DNA of 64,000 nt, from NCBI RefSeq assembly GCF_004010195.1, contig NC_057718.1:81087666-81151665 (forward strand), in the 5' to 3' direction. Origin of the DNA: Chiloscyllium plagiosum (lineage: Eukaryota). A model generated the notes under the pieces. It ran no database searches and was not told the origin of the DNA. It saw only the letters and a program-made list of their open reading frames with translations. Shown here piece after piece: positions 50,011 through 61,361 of the stretch. Within the stretch, counting starts at the first letter, position 1. Every line of letters starts with the position of its first letter. The translations under genes and the position numbers were made by a program.

Positions 50011-52289
50011 GAATTCAGATAAATGCGAGGTGCTGCATTTTGGGAAAGCAAATCTTAGCAGGACTTCTACACTTAATGGTAAGATCCTGGGGAGTGTTGC
50101 TGAACAGAAACCTTGGAGTGCAGGTTCTTAGCTCCTTGCAAGGATAGGACAGTGAAGAAGACATTTGGTATGCTTTCCTTTATTGGTCAGAGTACTGAGT
50201 ACAGGAGTTGGGAGGTCATGTTGCGGCTGTCTAGGACATTGGTTAGGCTATTGTTGGAATATTGCGTGCACTTCTGGTCTTGTTCCTGTCAGAAAGATGT
50301 TGTGAAACCTGAGGTTCAGAAAAGATTTACAAGGATGTTGCCACGGTTGGAGGAGTTGAACTGTAGGGAGAGGCTGAGCAGGCTGGGGCTGTTTACCCTG
50401 GAGTGTCGGAGGCCAAGGGGTGATGTTATAGAGGTTTACAAAATTATGAGGGGCATGGATAGGATAAATAGACAAAGTCTTTTCCCTGGGGTGGGGAATC
50501 CAGAACTAGAGGACATAGGTTTAGGGTGAGAGGGGAAAGATATAAAAGAGGCCTAAGGAGCAACATTTTGGTGCAGAGGGTGGTCCATATATGGAATGTG
50601 CTTCCAGAGGAAATGGTGAAGGCTGGTTTAAAAGGTATTTGGATGGGTATATGAATAAAGAAGGCTTTGGTGGGGTATGGGCCTGGTGCAGGCAGATGGG
50701 ATTAGATTGGGTTGGGATATCTGGTCGGCATGGACGGGTTGGACCAAACGGTCTGTTTCCGTGCTGTACATCTCTACAACTCTATAACTGCCTCCAATAG
50801 TACTACATCTTTCCTCAAATAAGGAGACCAAAACTGTGCACAGTGCTCTAGACGCAGTCTCACCAATGCCGAGTGTAGTTGTAATAATACTTCCTTACCT
50901 TTTATATTCAATTCTTTTTGCTACAAAAACCAACATTGCAATTGCTTTCTTGATTATCTGCTGTATCTGCGTGCTAGTTTTCTATGAATGAGGACACCCA
51001 GATCTGTCTGTGTAAGCTTGACACTGAGATTATAACAAAGGTATCCTGTTTGATAACTGGTACCCTGACGAAATCATCGCATATTATGCGATGCAAAAAC
51101 TCATGAAAGTGCTTATGCCTGCCACCTTTGGTCCTGAGTGATGTCCAGTCTCCCTTAAATTATTGTGGAAAGGTTAGGCATCTCAAACGTTTTAAAAACA
51201 GATGAAGCTAACTGTCTTATGTTTCTCTTATGCACTAAATTCAAAATTTGTTTTCTCCACTAACAGAATCTTGTTGTCAAGTCAGAAAGACATTTTGCCT
51301 ACCACACAAGTGCGTTGTGCTGGTGTGATACCAGATATAAATGTCCCAATGACTGTCAGACTATATCAATCAATGTATCCCATTGACCAGCAGGTAGTTG
51401 GCTATTTTTGATCAACCAACCCATGTTTGCTAGCTGGACTGTGCAAAGAATTACACTGGAGGCTTGTCTAAAATCATCAGCTGTGCCTACTCTGTGATGT
51501 ACTTGTGTATCCTAGAAGCAACATACCAAAAATACCCTTGTGTTTTAAGTAAGTAAAAGGAGTTTTTTTGAGAATCTTTTTCAAAAATATAGGAGTCAAG
51601 GACACCACCCAACCCTTGCTGCATCTCTGTGGCAATGCTTTGATCAGTTAGAATCTACCTGCTTGGCCTGAGAGTTAAAATGAATGGATAAGTATCCTTG
51701 CTGCATCTCCATGCCAATTACAGCCGAACTAATCAGCATTCTCTTCTCATTCTCTATAAGATGGTGGCTTTTCTAAGTCTGTTTCTCGCATCCTATTTCT
51801 GATGAGTGCAAGATGATAAGCTTCGTTTCCTTCCAACAATGTTAAAAGTTTTACTGTGCATGCAAAATTTGTGCTTGACTTTGAAGGATTTTGAAGTGTT
51901 CTGTTCTCTCATTTTTTTTGTGAAATTACATTGCTTTTGTAAACAGTATTTAAATTTTGGATTTTGGGTGGACGCAAGTGTCATATAGTTCAAAATGTTC
52001 TGCAGTCCTTGTATGTGCTGTATTATTCATTAAAAGCTGAAGCCATATGACAAGTAGCAGTGGTTTTTTTTCCCCAGTGTTTTTATATTTGCTGCATACT
52101 AGTCCAATATTACCATTTTTCCTCTGGATAGAGTGGCTTTTTTCATACAATGTGACCAGTACATACCTGTTCATAATGGTGTGAAACATTCTGTCAACAG
52201 GTCAGTGGAGTCATAAATCATTGCTGTTAGCTCAACACCAGCTGTGGGTTAAAACTAAGTATCTTTGAACCATCCCTAAATAATTGGGA

Positions 52290-53990
52290 GGACAAAGAAT
52301 GTGAGACTGAGGATGTAGGAGTGGAAGTAACTCATGCATTCCATAAAGTCTGCTCTGCCATGCAATGAGGTCATGGCTTATTTGATAATCCTTGAGTCCA
52401 CTTTCCTGCCTATTTTGCATAATGCTTGATTCCCATATCACTTATAGACCTGTCCGTCTCAGCTTTGAATATTCTTAATGACACAGCCTCAATAGCACAC
52501 TGTGTTTAAAAAGAAAATCCACAGATTTGCTACCTTCTGAGAGAAGAAATTCTTCCTTGTGTCTGTCATAAGCATGCGGTTCCTTATTCTGCAATTAACT
52601 CTCCGGTCCAATGCTCTCCCGTAAGGGAAAACAACCTTTCTGTTGTGTCAAACCCCCAAAGAATCTTCAATTAGGTCACCTCTCATTCTTCTATATTCCA
52701 ATGAGTACAGGCCCAACCTACTCCATCCTCCTCATAATACAATCTCTCTATCTCATGAATGTTATCTGGATTTCCTCCAATACCAATATATCTTCTCTGA
52801 AATAAGGGGTCCAAAACTGTTCACAGTATTCCAGCTGTGATCTGACTATAGTTTCAACAGAATCTCCGTACCTTCATACTTTATTCCTTTTCTGGGGATC
52901 AGAATTTCATTTCATGTCATGTTTCAGAAATTCAATGCTCAGAGATTTTAAGATTGCAAATTAATAGAAATGTCAAAAGATTTACAGAATGGGAGGCTAT
53001 TCAATACACTGCGTCTATGAAAGAGTCAACAGTATAAACTTACCTTTTAATTCCTGATTTGTTCTCCTGTAGGTTATGGCATCTCAAATGCATGTTCCAA
53101 TTTTGTTTTTCAGTGCAATGACTTTTTCTGTTTCCACCTTCCTTGAAAGCAGTGAACTCTAGATCACCAATTACACCCCCCTCCAACCAAAGTGAAATAG
53201 TTACTCAACTGCTATGTAATCCTTCCACCAGTTTGTTAAAAATATGTGTTCTTGGTTATTGACCTGTCTGCTAACCAAAATTATTTTTCCTATTAACTCT
53301 ATTTACTCTTGCAACTAATCTGCCTCCAATTAAACCTTTCTATGTTGTTAACAAAAACAGCTTCAGCCTGTCCAATCATTCCATGTAACTAAGATTCTCC
53401 ACTCCTGGCAATATCCTCATGGATCTCTTTTGCACCTTCTCTCACCTCTCCAGACCCATATCTCCTCCTATTATCCTCCCATTTCTGTACTCACCAAAGT
53501 GTGGAACTGGGCACAGTCTTAAAATTTCTACAGTGTGAAGTGAGAGTTATTTTTCTTCTGTGTTTCTGGCAATCTGTATGCATTATCTTATCCCTTTTCC
53601 TACCTATGCTGTTTATACCAGTATGAACCAGGACTTCTGTTTTTGACCATCTCCTTCAGCTATTCAATGATGTCTTTGACCTTGGCACCAAGGAGGCAGC
53701 ATTCCAACTTGGGGCCATGTCTTGGGTGACAGAATGCCCAATTGACCCCTTCATTCCTGAGACCCCTGTCACTACTGCTTTCTGAAATTATTTTCTTTCT
53801 TGCACAGTGTATCAGTATGGTACTATGGACTTTCCTTTGGCTGTATTCCCCAGATTAAATTTCAATTTTGGACCCATATTTTTCATTGAGTACTGGTTGG
53901 AAAGTAGGATGTACTTGGAATCCCAACATTTCCTGCCTCCCATGCTTGAGTGTCTCAGGGGGTCACCTGGTCCCCCTCTGACTGTAAACC
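52290..53990 (-). mobile_element. Series of old CR1-clade fragments
   Basis: Two decayed 3' ends (~52290-52880 and ~52970-53600) and an ORF1-like piece (~53640-53990), recognised by similarity to the younger copies in the window. Confidence 0.6.
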
Positions 53991-56533
53991 GTTAAGCTGC
54001 AACTTAAAAATACTTGGACAAATAATCTTCTTGGACTTTTTTTCCTCTCTTTCTCTCATGCTCCTGTTCCAGAACCATCAATGACAGATTCCTTTCATGT
54101 ACCTAACTTATTTATCTATCATAGCTTCTGTCCCTGGAGGAGCTGGAGCAACAGGATGAGAGAGAGAGAATCCATGACTGGAATAACTGCTCTTATTAAA
54201 TCTGTTTCCAAAACACACTCCCTTCTGCTCTTTCATTGAAATGGAACATCGTTCTTTTTTTGGTGCTTATGCCATCTATTCATTTTAGAGAAATTGGGGT
54301 TGGATGCCATATTGCATGCAAGTATGGAATTCCATTCAAAGTTAGTCCTTCCAATGACTGCATGATGTATTGAGGGTGCAGATGCAGAGAAATGAAGTTC
54401 AGTTTAAATGGTGAGGCAAAAGTTCTGTAACTACTGCATTTTCAATTAATACTAGAAGAGCGATATTCAGTGAATTTTGGAATGGGATCAGCAAATTCAA
54501 GAAAGCTCCTGGTGAATACTTTATGGGCTTGTCTTAAAACAGCGACGGTCAAAATTGTTTGGACGGACAACTGGTGGCTTAGACAATATTTCCATTTTAA
54601 TCATTTTTTGATAGCCCAAATGTTTGTTGTGACAAGTTGTAGCTATTTGTGATGCAAAAGATTCAGGAATTCAAAAAACCTTTTACCAACTGAAATAACC
54701 AGTCTAACATTTGACTTAATAGAAACATAACCTAATCTTGTAAATAGGCCATTTAAAAAAAAAGATTTGTTAATGCAGCAAAGTCATGGACTACTTTTGT
54801 AGAGAGTTTAGCTTTAGGCAAAGTTCATAAAGTTTCCTTTAACTTTTTGACATCTTTAACTCTTTGAAAGAAAACATTAAAAATCAGTTAACAGAATTGA
54901 TCTTCTATATTTTGCTAACTGTTGCACCTCTGTGTGTATGGAACTGTAAGTTGTTTCTTAGGTAGATGTGCAGAAAGTTGATCAATATTCAGTTTGCTTT
55001 CCTGCTGAAACTTTTATATAGTACTATGATGTCTGGTAATAGTATGAATATTTGAAAATTACTTGCTTTTTGGCTGGTATTAATGATATCTCTCACATTT
55101 ATGAAAATGAGATACCGAGGTGTAGGCCACAGTTTGAAGAACAATTTATCCTTGTGACACAAACTTTCAAAGTGGTGAACTATTGGGGAAAGAAGGCCCT
55201 GGTCCCTTGATACTTTCTACCCTGAGGACGAAACTCTTGTTATTTGTTCTACCTCAAGTTTAAGTTCACAATATGCTTTCAACACATGTACTTTTGCTTT
55301 GAGTTTCATCAGAAATGTGATTTCCAAAAACTTGAAGAAACTATTGTGAATGGTGCTCAACTTTATTTCTTTGCCTTTTGCCAAGGGCGTTTTTGTTAGT
55401 TTTCAATGATTCATGATCAGTTGGTCAGTATTGAGTACACTGGTGAAGCATATTACAATAGTTTTAAGGATAATTGGCTGAACAAAGCTCCATAGGATTC
55501 AAACCAAGTGAATAATCACAGTCTTTTGTATTTATCCTATTCCCTGCTAATTAAATCTGACATTAAATGGCATTTTTGTTTAAACTTTTTGTTGATTTTG
55601 TTGCCTAAAATTGATTTAACTTATGGATGTTAGGATTTTAAACATTATGAATTTTTTTTTCCATCATCTACACTGGACTATTGAATTTCTGTGGGAGAAG
55701 TGGATTTCTATTCCTGAGGCACATGCAAATTATTGAAGTGGGCTATGCTGGGGGCTTTAGTAAGCAGTGCGGAGAGCTTTAAATGAAATCATGGAGGGAG
55801 AGGGTTCATATGAGCTGAGATTTGGTCAGTTCAGAAAGAAAGAGAAAGCAATAGTACAGAGTAGTCAGTGATTTCCTTGAATGACCAAGACACCAGCTTT
55901 TTAAAACCTAATTTACATAATTTAAGTATTTTTACAGAGCTTTTTTTAAGTTTGGAATTCAGAATGCTTTAAGTTAATTGGTAGGAGTAGAACTTTGTAT
56001 TTAACTACACAATTGCAGAATTTGTTTCTTGAGTGCTCAGATTGTTCTGCAAGCTGTAGTTGCAATATGCATGCAGGGTCCAAAACTGGAGAAGGTAAGA
56101 TCCAGTTTCAGGAGAGTTCTCTATTTATAATGACCCAAAATGAGCCAGGAAATACAGAACTAACACATAATATTGAGTGTTTAAGTCACTCATGAATTTA
56201 ATTTATAGGATACACTTCTGTAAAGTTCATTCACACTCCTGTCAATCTTACTTATGTGACATTGGGATTGCAGCTACAAGTGTTTGGGGAACCATGTGAA
56301 AAATATGAAACAAAATGAAAAGTGATGGGCAGCTCTTTTCCAGGAGACATTTACTGCTTGCTACAGTTCGGAGGTAATGTGACATTAGTAGATGTGTTCT
56401 GGACTATAGTTTGATCAAAATGTTTACACCTACTATGGTTTTGGGTTAATGTATGAAGACTGCTGAACACAATGCATTGTTAACAGGTCTGTGCTATTTG
56501 AAAACAACCCATGGAAGCATATGTTTTCCCGTA

Positions 56534-56728
56534 GGAGAAAGTGAGGTCTGCAGATGCTGGAGATCAGAGATGGAAATGTGTTGCAAGTCCCTCCTCCCTA
56601 CCTTTTATCTTAGCCTACTTGGCACACTTTCCTCATTCCTGAAGAAGGGCTAATGCCCGAAACGTCGATTCTCCTGTTCCCTAGATGCTGCCTGACCTGC
56701 TGCGCTTTTCCAGCAACACATTTCCATC
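56534..56728. mobile_element. Penelope family-A terminus insertion with short inverted 5' arm, young
   Basis: Perfect 14-bp TSD TATGTTTTCCCGTA (56520-56533, 56729-56742). 56585-56728 matches the 3' end of the PLE at 57102. Confidence 0.92.
56637..56668 (+). ncRNA. Putative minimal type-I hammerhead ribozyme motif (family A)
   Basis: Core identical to 28486-28513: CUGAAGA-A-GGGC(UAAU)GCCC-GAAA-CG-UC. Predicted cleavage 3' of C56666. Confidence 0.6.
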
Positions 56729-57101
56729 TATGTTTTCCCGTAATTGAGCAGGTGAGCAGATTTCTGGACTTAAAGTAGAATTTTAATTTGCGTTGGATGG
56801 TTTAACTTGTTTGCATTTAGATTTCTGCATGAGATCATGAGAAAGCAGAAAGCATGACTGGGCAACCATTCAGTAATTATTTAATTTATTGCTTCATTTC
56901 ATCAGTTTTTTTATTAACCTCACCCTTGGTTAATTTCCTTCTTTCTCTCAACTGTGTCCCTGTTCTGGTTTTTGAAGATTTTCATGATTGACACAAATAG
57001 ATTTATTCTCTGATTTTAACCTTCCTTTCTTAAATTTGTGTATTCATGAAGATTGAGAAAATGCAATCTGGGAAAGCTAGGCTTGACCAAAATTGTTTTT
57101 A

Positions 57102-58284
57102 GCTGAAAATGTGTTGCTGGAAAAGTGCAGCAGGTCAGGCAGCATTCAAGGAGCAGGAGAATCGATGTTTCGGGCATGAGCCCTTCTTCAGGAATGAGGA
57201 AAGTGTGCCAAGTAGGCTAAGATAAAAGGTAGGGAGGAGGGACTTGGGGGAGGGGCGTTGGAAATGCGATAGTGGAAGGAGGTTAAGGTGAGGGTGATAG
57301 GCCGGAGTGGAGGTGGGTGCGGAGAGGTCAGGAAGAAGATTACAGGTTCGGAAGGTGGTGCTGAGTTCGAGGGTTGGGACTGAGACAAGGTGGGGGGAGG
57401 GGAAATGAGGAAACTGGCGAAGTCTGAGTTCATCCCTTGTGGTTGGAGGGTTCCTCGGCGGAAGATGAGGCGCTCTTCCTCCAGCCGTCGTGTTGCTATG
57501 GTCTGGCGATGGAGGAGTCCAAGGACCTGCATGTGCTTGGTGGAGTGGGAGGGGGAGTTGAAGTGTTGAGCTACGGGGTGGTTGGGTTGGTTGGTCCAGG
57601 TGTCCCAGAGGTGTTCTCTGAAACGTTCTGCAAGTAGGCGGCCTGTCTCCCCAATACAGAGGATGCCAAATCGGGTGCAGCGGATGCAGTAAATGATGTG
57701 TGTGGAGGTGCAGGTGAATTTGTGGCGGATATGGAAGGATCCCTTGGGGCCTTGGAGGGAAATAAGAGGGGAGATGTGGGCGCAAGGTTTGCATTTCTTG
57801 CGGTTGCAGGGGAAGGTGCCGGGAGTGGAGGTTGGGTTGGTGGGGGGTGTGGACCTGACGAGGGAGTCACGGAGGGAGTGGTCTTTTCGGAATGCTGATA
57901 GGGGAGGGGAGGGAAATATATCCATGGTGGTGGGGTCTGTTTGGAGGTGGTGGAAATGACAACGGATGATACGATGTATATGGAGGTTGGTGGGGTGGTA
58001 GGTGAGGACCAGTGGGGTTCTGTCCTAGTGGCAATTGGAGGGGCAGGGTTCAAGGGCTGAGGAGCGGGAAGTGGAGGAGATGCGGTGGAGAGCATCATCG
58101 ATCATGTCTGGGGGGAAATTGTGGTCTTTGAAGAGGAGGCCATCTGGGTTTTACGGTATTGGAACTGGTCTTCCTGGGAGCAGATGCAGCGGAGACAAAG
58201 GAATTGGGAATATGGGATGGCGTTTTTACAGGGGGCAGGGTGGGAGGAGGTGTAGTCTAGGTAGCTGTGGGAGTCGATCGGTTT
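57102..58284 (-). mobile_element. 5'-truncated Penelope-like retroelement with open GIY-YIG endonuclease region
   Basis: ORF 57925-57188 reads CNRKKCKPCAHI...FTCTSTHIIYCIRCTRFGILCIGETGRLLAERFREH...VAQHFNSPSH...PQGMN. Perfect 12-bp TSD AAATTGTTTTTA (57090-57101, 58285-58296). Terminus is family A. Confidence 0.93.
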
Positions 58285-59019
58285 AAATTGTTTTTAACCC
58301 TGCATTGTAGCTTGGCATGGTTCAGCTGTTGAAACAATGATACGTCAGGCTTTTTATCACTTTGTTTTGAACACTTACTGATAAATAATAGAACTTAAAT
58401 GATACTGGGCAAATTATGTTTCTATATTAGTTTAGAAATGAATTGTGTTTCCTAATGGTTAATCTATTAGTGAGAAATATCAATTGGTATTAGAATTTGT
58501 ACAAACTGTAACAATTGCTAGTGAATTCATGGATTATATTAACATGAATTTAGGCAGATTGTGAATTGTGTAGTAACTTAGGTTATGAATATACCATTTT
58601 TTAGAAAGCATTGTAAATGGTCTAAGTTATTCAGGTTTAGTGCTTGTGCCTATCGTCCTTTTTCTAAAGGATTGTATCCAATGACACACTCATGGTCAAT
58701 GCTGGTGAATGATGTTGTTTTGAGCATGCTAGCTTCTCTCCCTATCCATTTGTCTCTATTTTTCCCTTTCCTTCCTTTCATCACCCTTGTCTCTTCCTCT
58801 AACCCTGTTTTGCTTCCACTTTCCCTGTCCTGTTCTTCCACATGCACCTATCCCACATACCACATCTCATCAAATTTTTCTTTTTATCTTTCTCTCCCTG
58901 AGCATTTTTCCATGTCTTCCTTTCTCTGATTTTTTTCATAATCTCCTCCCACCCCACTTGAACTGTTGTAAACCCAAGTTCCTCTGACTTTCCTTGCATA
59001 AGGGACATGGAAAGTGAGC

Positions 59020-59625
59020 AAGCAAAAATGAAAAGCAGTTATGAATACAATGCCTGTTGACCTTTATCACTATAGATTTGAAATACAAGAATAAAGATGC
59101 TTAGCTGAAATTGTGTTTTGGTGAAACCACATCCGGAATACTGTGCACTATTTTAACTACCTTGAAGGCGACACAGGTTCTCGGGTTGCTCTGTGAATAG
59201 AATCTGAGTGAATTGTGTTTATATTCTCTGGAACTTAGAAGGATGAAAAGCGGTCTCCTTTGAAATGTTCAGAATTGTAAAAAAAAACTTGATCGTGTGT
59301 ACATTGAGAAGTCGCTTGTAAAATCAAGAAATATGGTTGGTGGGATGTATTGTCTCAGAATAATTTTGTTTGTTCAAAAGTATCTGGAAGTAATGATGTG
59401 AAAATTCCTTCATTGAATTCAATCAAAGCTGTAATTCTCTGATTCTTCATGTCTCAGGGAATTATAAGTTCATAAGATATAGGAGCAGAATTAGGCTATT
59501 CAGGCCATTGACGGCCATGAGGAGCAGATAGAAAAATGGTGTTGAAACAGAAGCTAAGTCATAACTTATTGAATAGTAGAGAGACTCCAGGAGCTAAATG
59601 ATCACTGAGCAGTGGAGGCCCAGTC
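59020..59625 (+). mobile_element. Old CR1 3' fragments
   Basis: GTGAAACCACATCCGGAATACTGTGCAC (VKPHPEYCA), plus a short piece near-identical to 22268-22300. Confidence 0.6.
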
Positions 59626-60339
59626 TCTGGATTCATTTTTAAGAGATGAAGTGGTTAACTATGAATTTCAGGTATCAAAATTAAAACAAGTACTGATTAG
59701 ACAAAATAATACTTCTAAAAAAGCCCCAAACTGGTCTCTGTGATATGCTGTTCAGATCTGTTGCACGAGTTTCTTGTTGAAGTGAAAAGTTTAAGACTTG
59801 AAGACAGATGCAGAGGCTGCAATTGCTTCTGTAGGTGAATTAGTTTTGTAGTACAGATGGGCTAGAAGGCAACAGATTTTATTTTTGGAGAGAAGATTCT
59901 TGGCTTCTGGTCCTCCAGGCATTGCATTTTTAGCTACCTAATTTCTTTTAAGCAGTACTAGATCACTAGCTGTTTACAGATATCTTCCTCTTTTTCTTGC
60001 GTTTGCTTGCTCTCTTTTTGTTTCTCCGTCTCTCTCTGGAGAATTGTTTTCTCTCAAGGTTCAAGATGGAATTTGTCTTGCCTCTTTCTTAGCAGTTTTA
60101 CTTTTGAATCATTCTTAGCAAGTGAGCTAAAATGATTACATGACCTATGCAATGAACTGTCATCTTCAATATAAGGCATTGGTACTCTGGAGACTTCATT
60201 CCTCACTTGTGGTTCATATCTAGTGTTCTGGTCAATGCCGAGTACGCATTTGGGCAATGAGTCATCATGGAACTTCATTGCATCATAGATGAAAGTTTTT
60301 AATTTCAAAGGCATACTTTGTTCATAAAATCTGTAAGTA

Positions 60340-61190
60340 CATACAATTGTTCTAAATTAGTTCTGTACAGTCTTGCAGAGAAAAAACACCAAGCATTGAA
60401 TTTTGATATTTCTTCGAGCTTCTCTGTTGTTGTAATAAAACTTCTGCAGGAAACTTTTTATGCTCATTTGGAAGCACAGGTCTGACAACTGTACAGGCTC
60501 TTGTTATACTTTGGCAGAAAGATGCTAGATGGTGAGGGTCTTTCCCCGCTGCACCTTGGCGGCAGCTGCCCCAAGCTCTCGTGCATCTCTCAGCATGTCG
60601 TCTTGGGCTTTGGAATGTGCCAGTCTGCAGTGCTCAGACAAGGTTAACACTGAAAGACCGACAAGTTTTATGCTGACCAAAGAGTGCCTTTCACCAAGTT
60701 GTTGGTCTTCCAAGCTTAGTTGATGTTTATCAGTGTGTGTCTCCCGGAGAACAGCCTTTAAGCCACAGAGTCTGCGTCACAGAACTGCTTGGGACGAACC
60801 TTACCAAAAATCATGCATCTCTCTCCAGACCTTCTTTGCTTAGGCACATTCGAAAAGGAGATAAGTGACAATCTCTTCACCAGTGCAGTCACTTTGTGGG
60901 CAGTATGCAATGTCACAGAGACTGGGCATGCATGAAGGATCTGATGGCAGTGCCCTTCTTGCCATCAGCTAAGCTATATTGTGATACTTGAATGACACAA
61001 CAGGATCCATCCTCTCCTTTTCCCACGAAGTCTCAAGGATGGTACATGCTGACCACTTCCTAATGAACTTGTGATCAAAGGTGTTGCACTTTGCAAATTT
61101 TTCCATCAAGGACAGGTGATATGAAATGGTCCAACAACTTGGAGTATTCCATGGGATAGAGGCCAGGCCTATCCTCCTCAAAACTGGGGA
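60340..61190 (-). mobile_element. Tx1-like (L1 clade) ORF2 C-terminus and 3' UTR
   Basis: Minus reads EEIVTYLLFECA*AKKVWREM (zf-RVT-like) and CRLAHSKAQDDMLRDARELGAAAAKVQRGKT. Confidence 0.7.
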
Positions 61191-61197
61191 CAGAACG

Positions 61198-61360
61198 TGG
61201 ACAGCACAGTGGCTCAGTAATCAGCAGTGCTGCCTCACACTGCCAGGGATTCTATGTCAGTTTCGGGTGACTGTCTTTGTGGAGTTTGCATGTTCACATG
61301 TTGCATGCATGTGTCTGCATGGGTTTCTGCCAGGTGCTCTGGTTTCTTCCTATAGTCCAA
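61198..61360 (+). mobile_element. V-SINE 5' portion, cut off by CR1
   Basis: GTGGCTCAGT...TGCTGCCTCAC, GTGGAGTTTGCATGTTC, GGTGCTCTGGTTTC. Confidence 0.8.
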
Positions 61361-61361
61361 G

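Larger units (their letters stand above)
46158..50787 (+). mobile_element. Long degenerate CR1 LINE containing a SINE (48121-48345) and an inverted CR1 3' segment (49177-50010)
   Basis: VLHIGTNNV (ORF1); EN from ~46950; KSPGPDEVYP, NYRPVSLTSVVG, SQHGFVRGKSCLTNL, FSDDNK; tail CTCTACAACTCTATAA. It splits an older minus CR1 (~46040-46157 resumes at ~50786-51010). Confidence 0.92.

Noticed and set aside
55678..55710. Possible next QKI exon (TTGAATTTCTGTGGGAGAAG resembles FNFVGR)
   Set aside because: Does not continue as ILGPRG and has no acceptor site.
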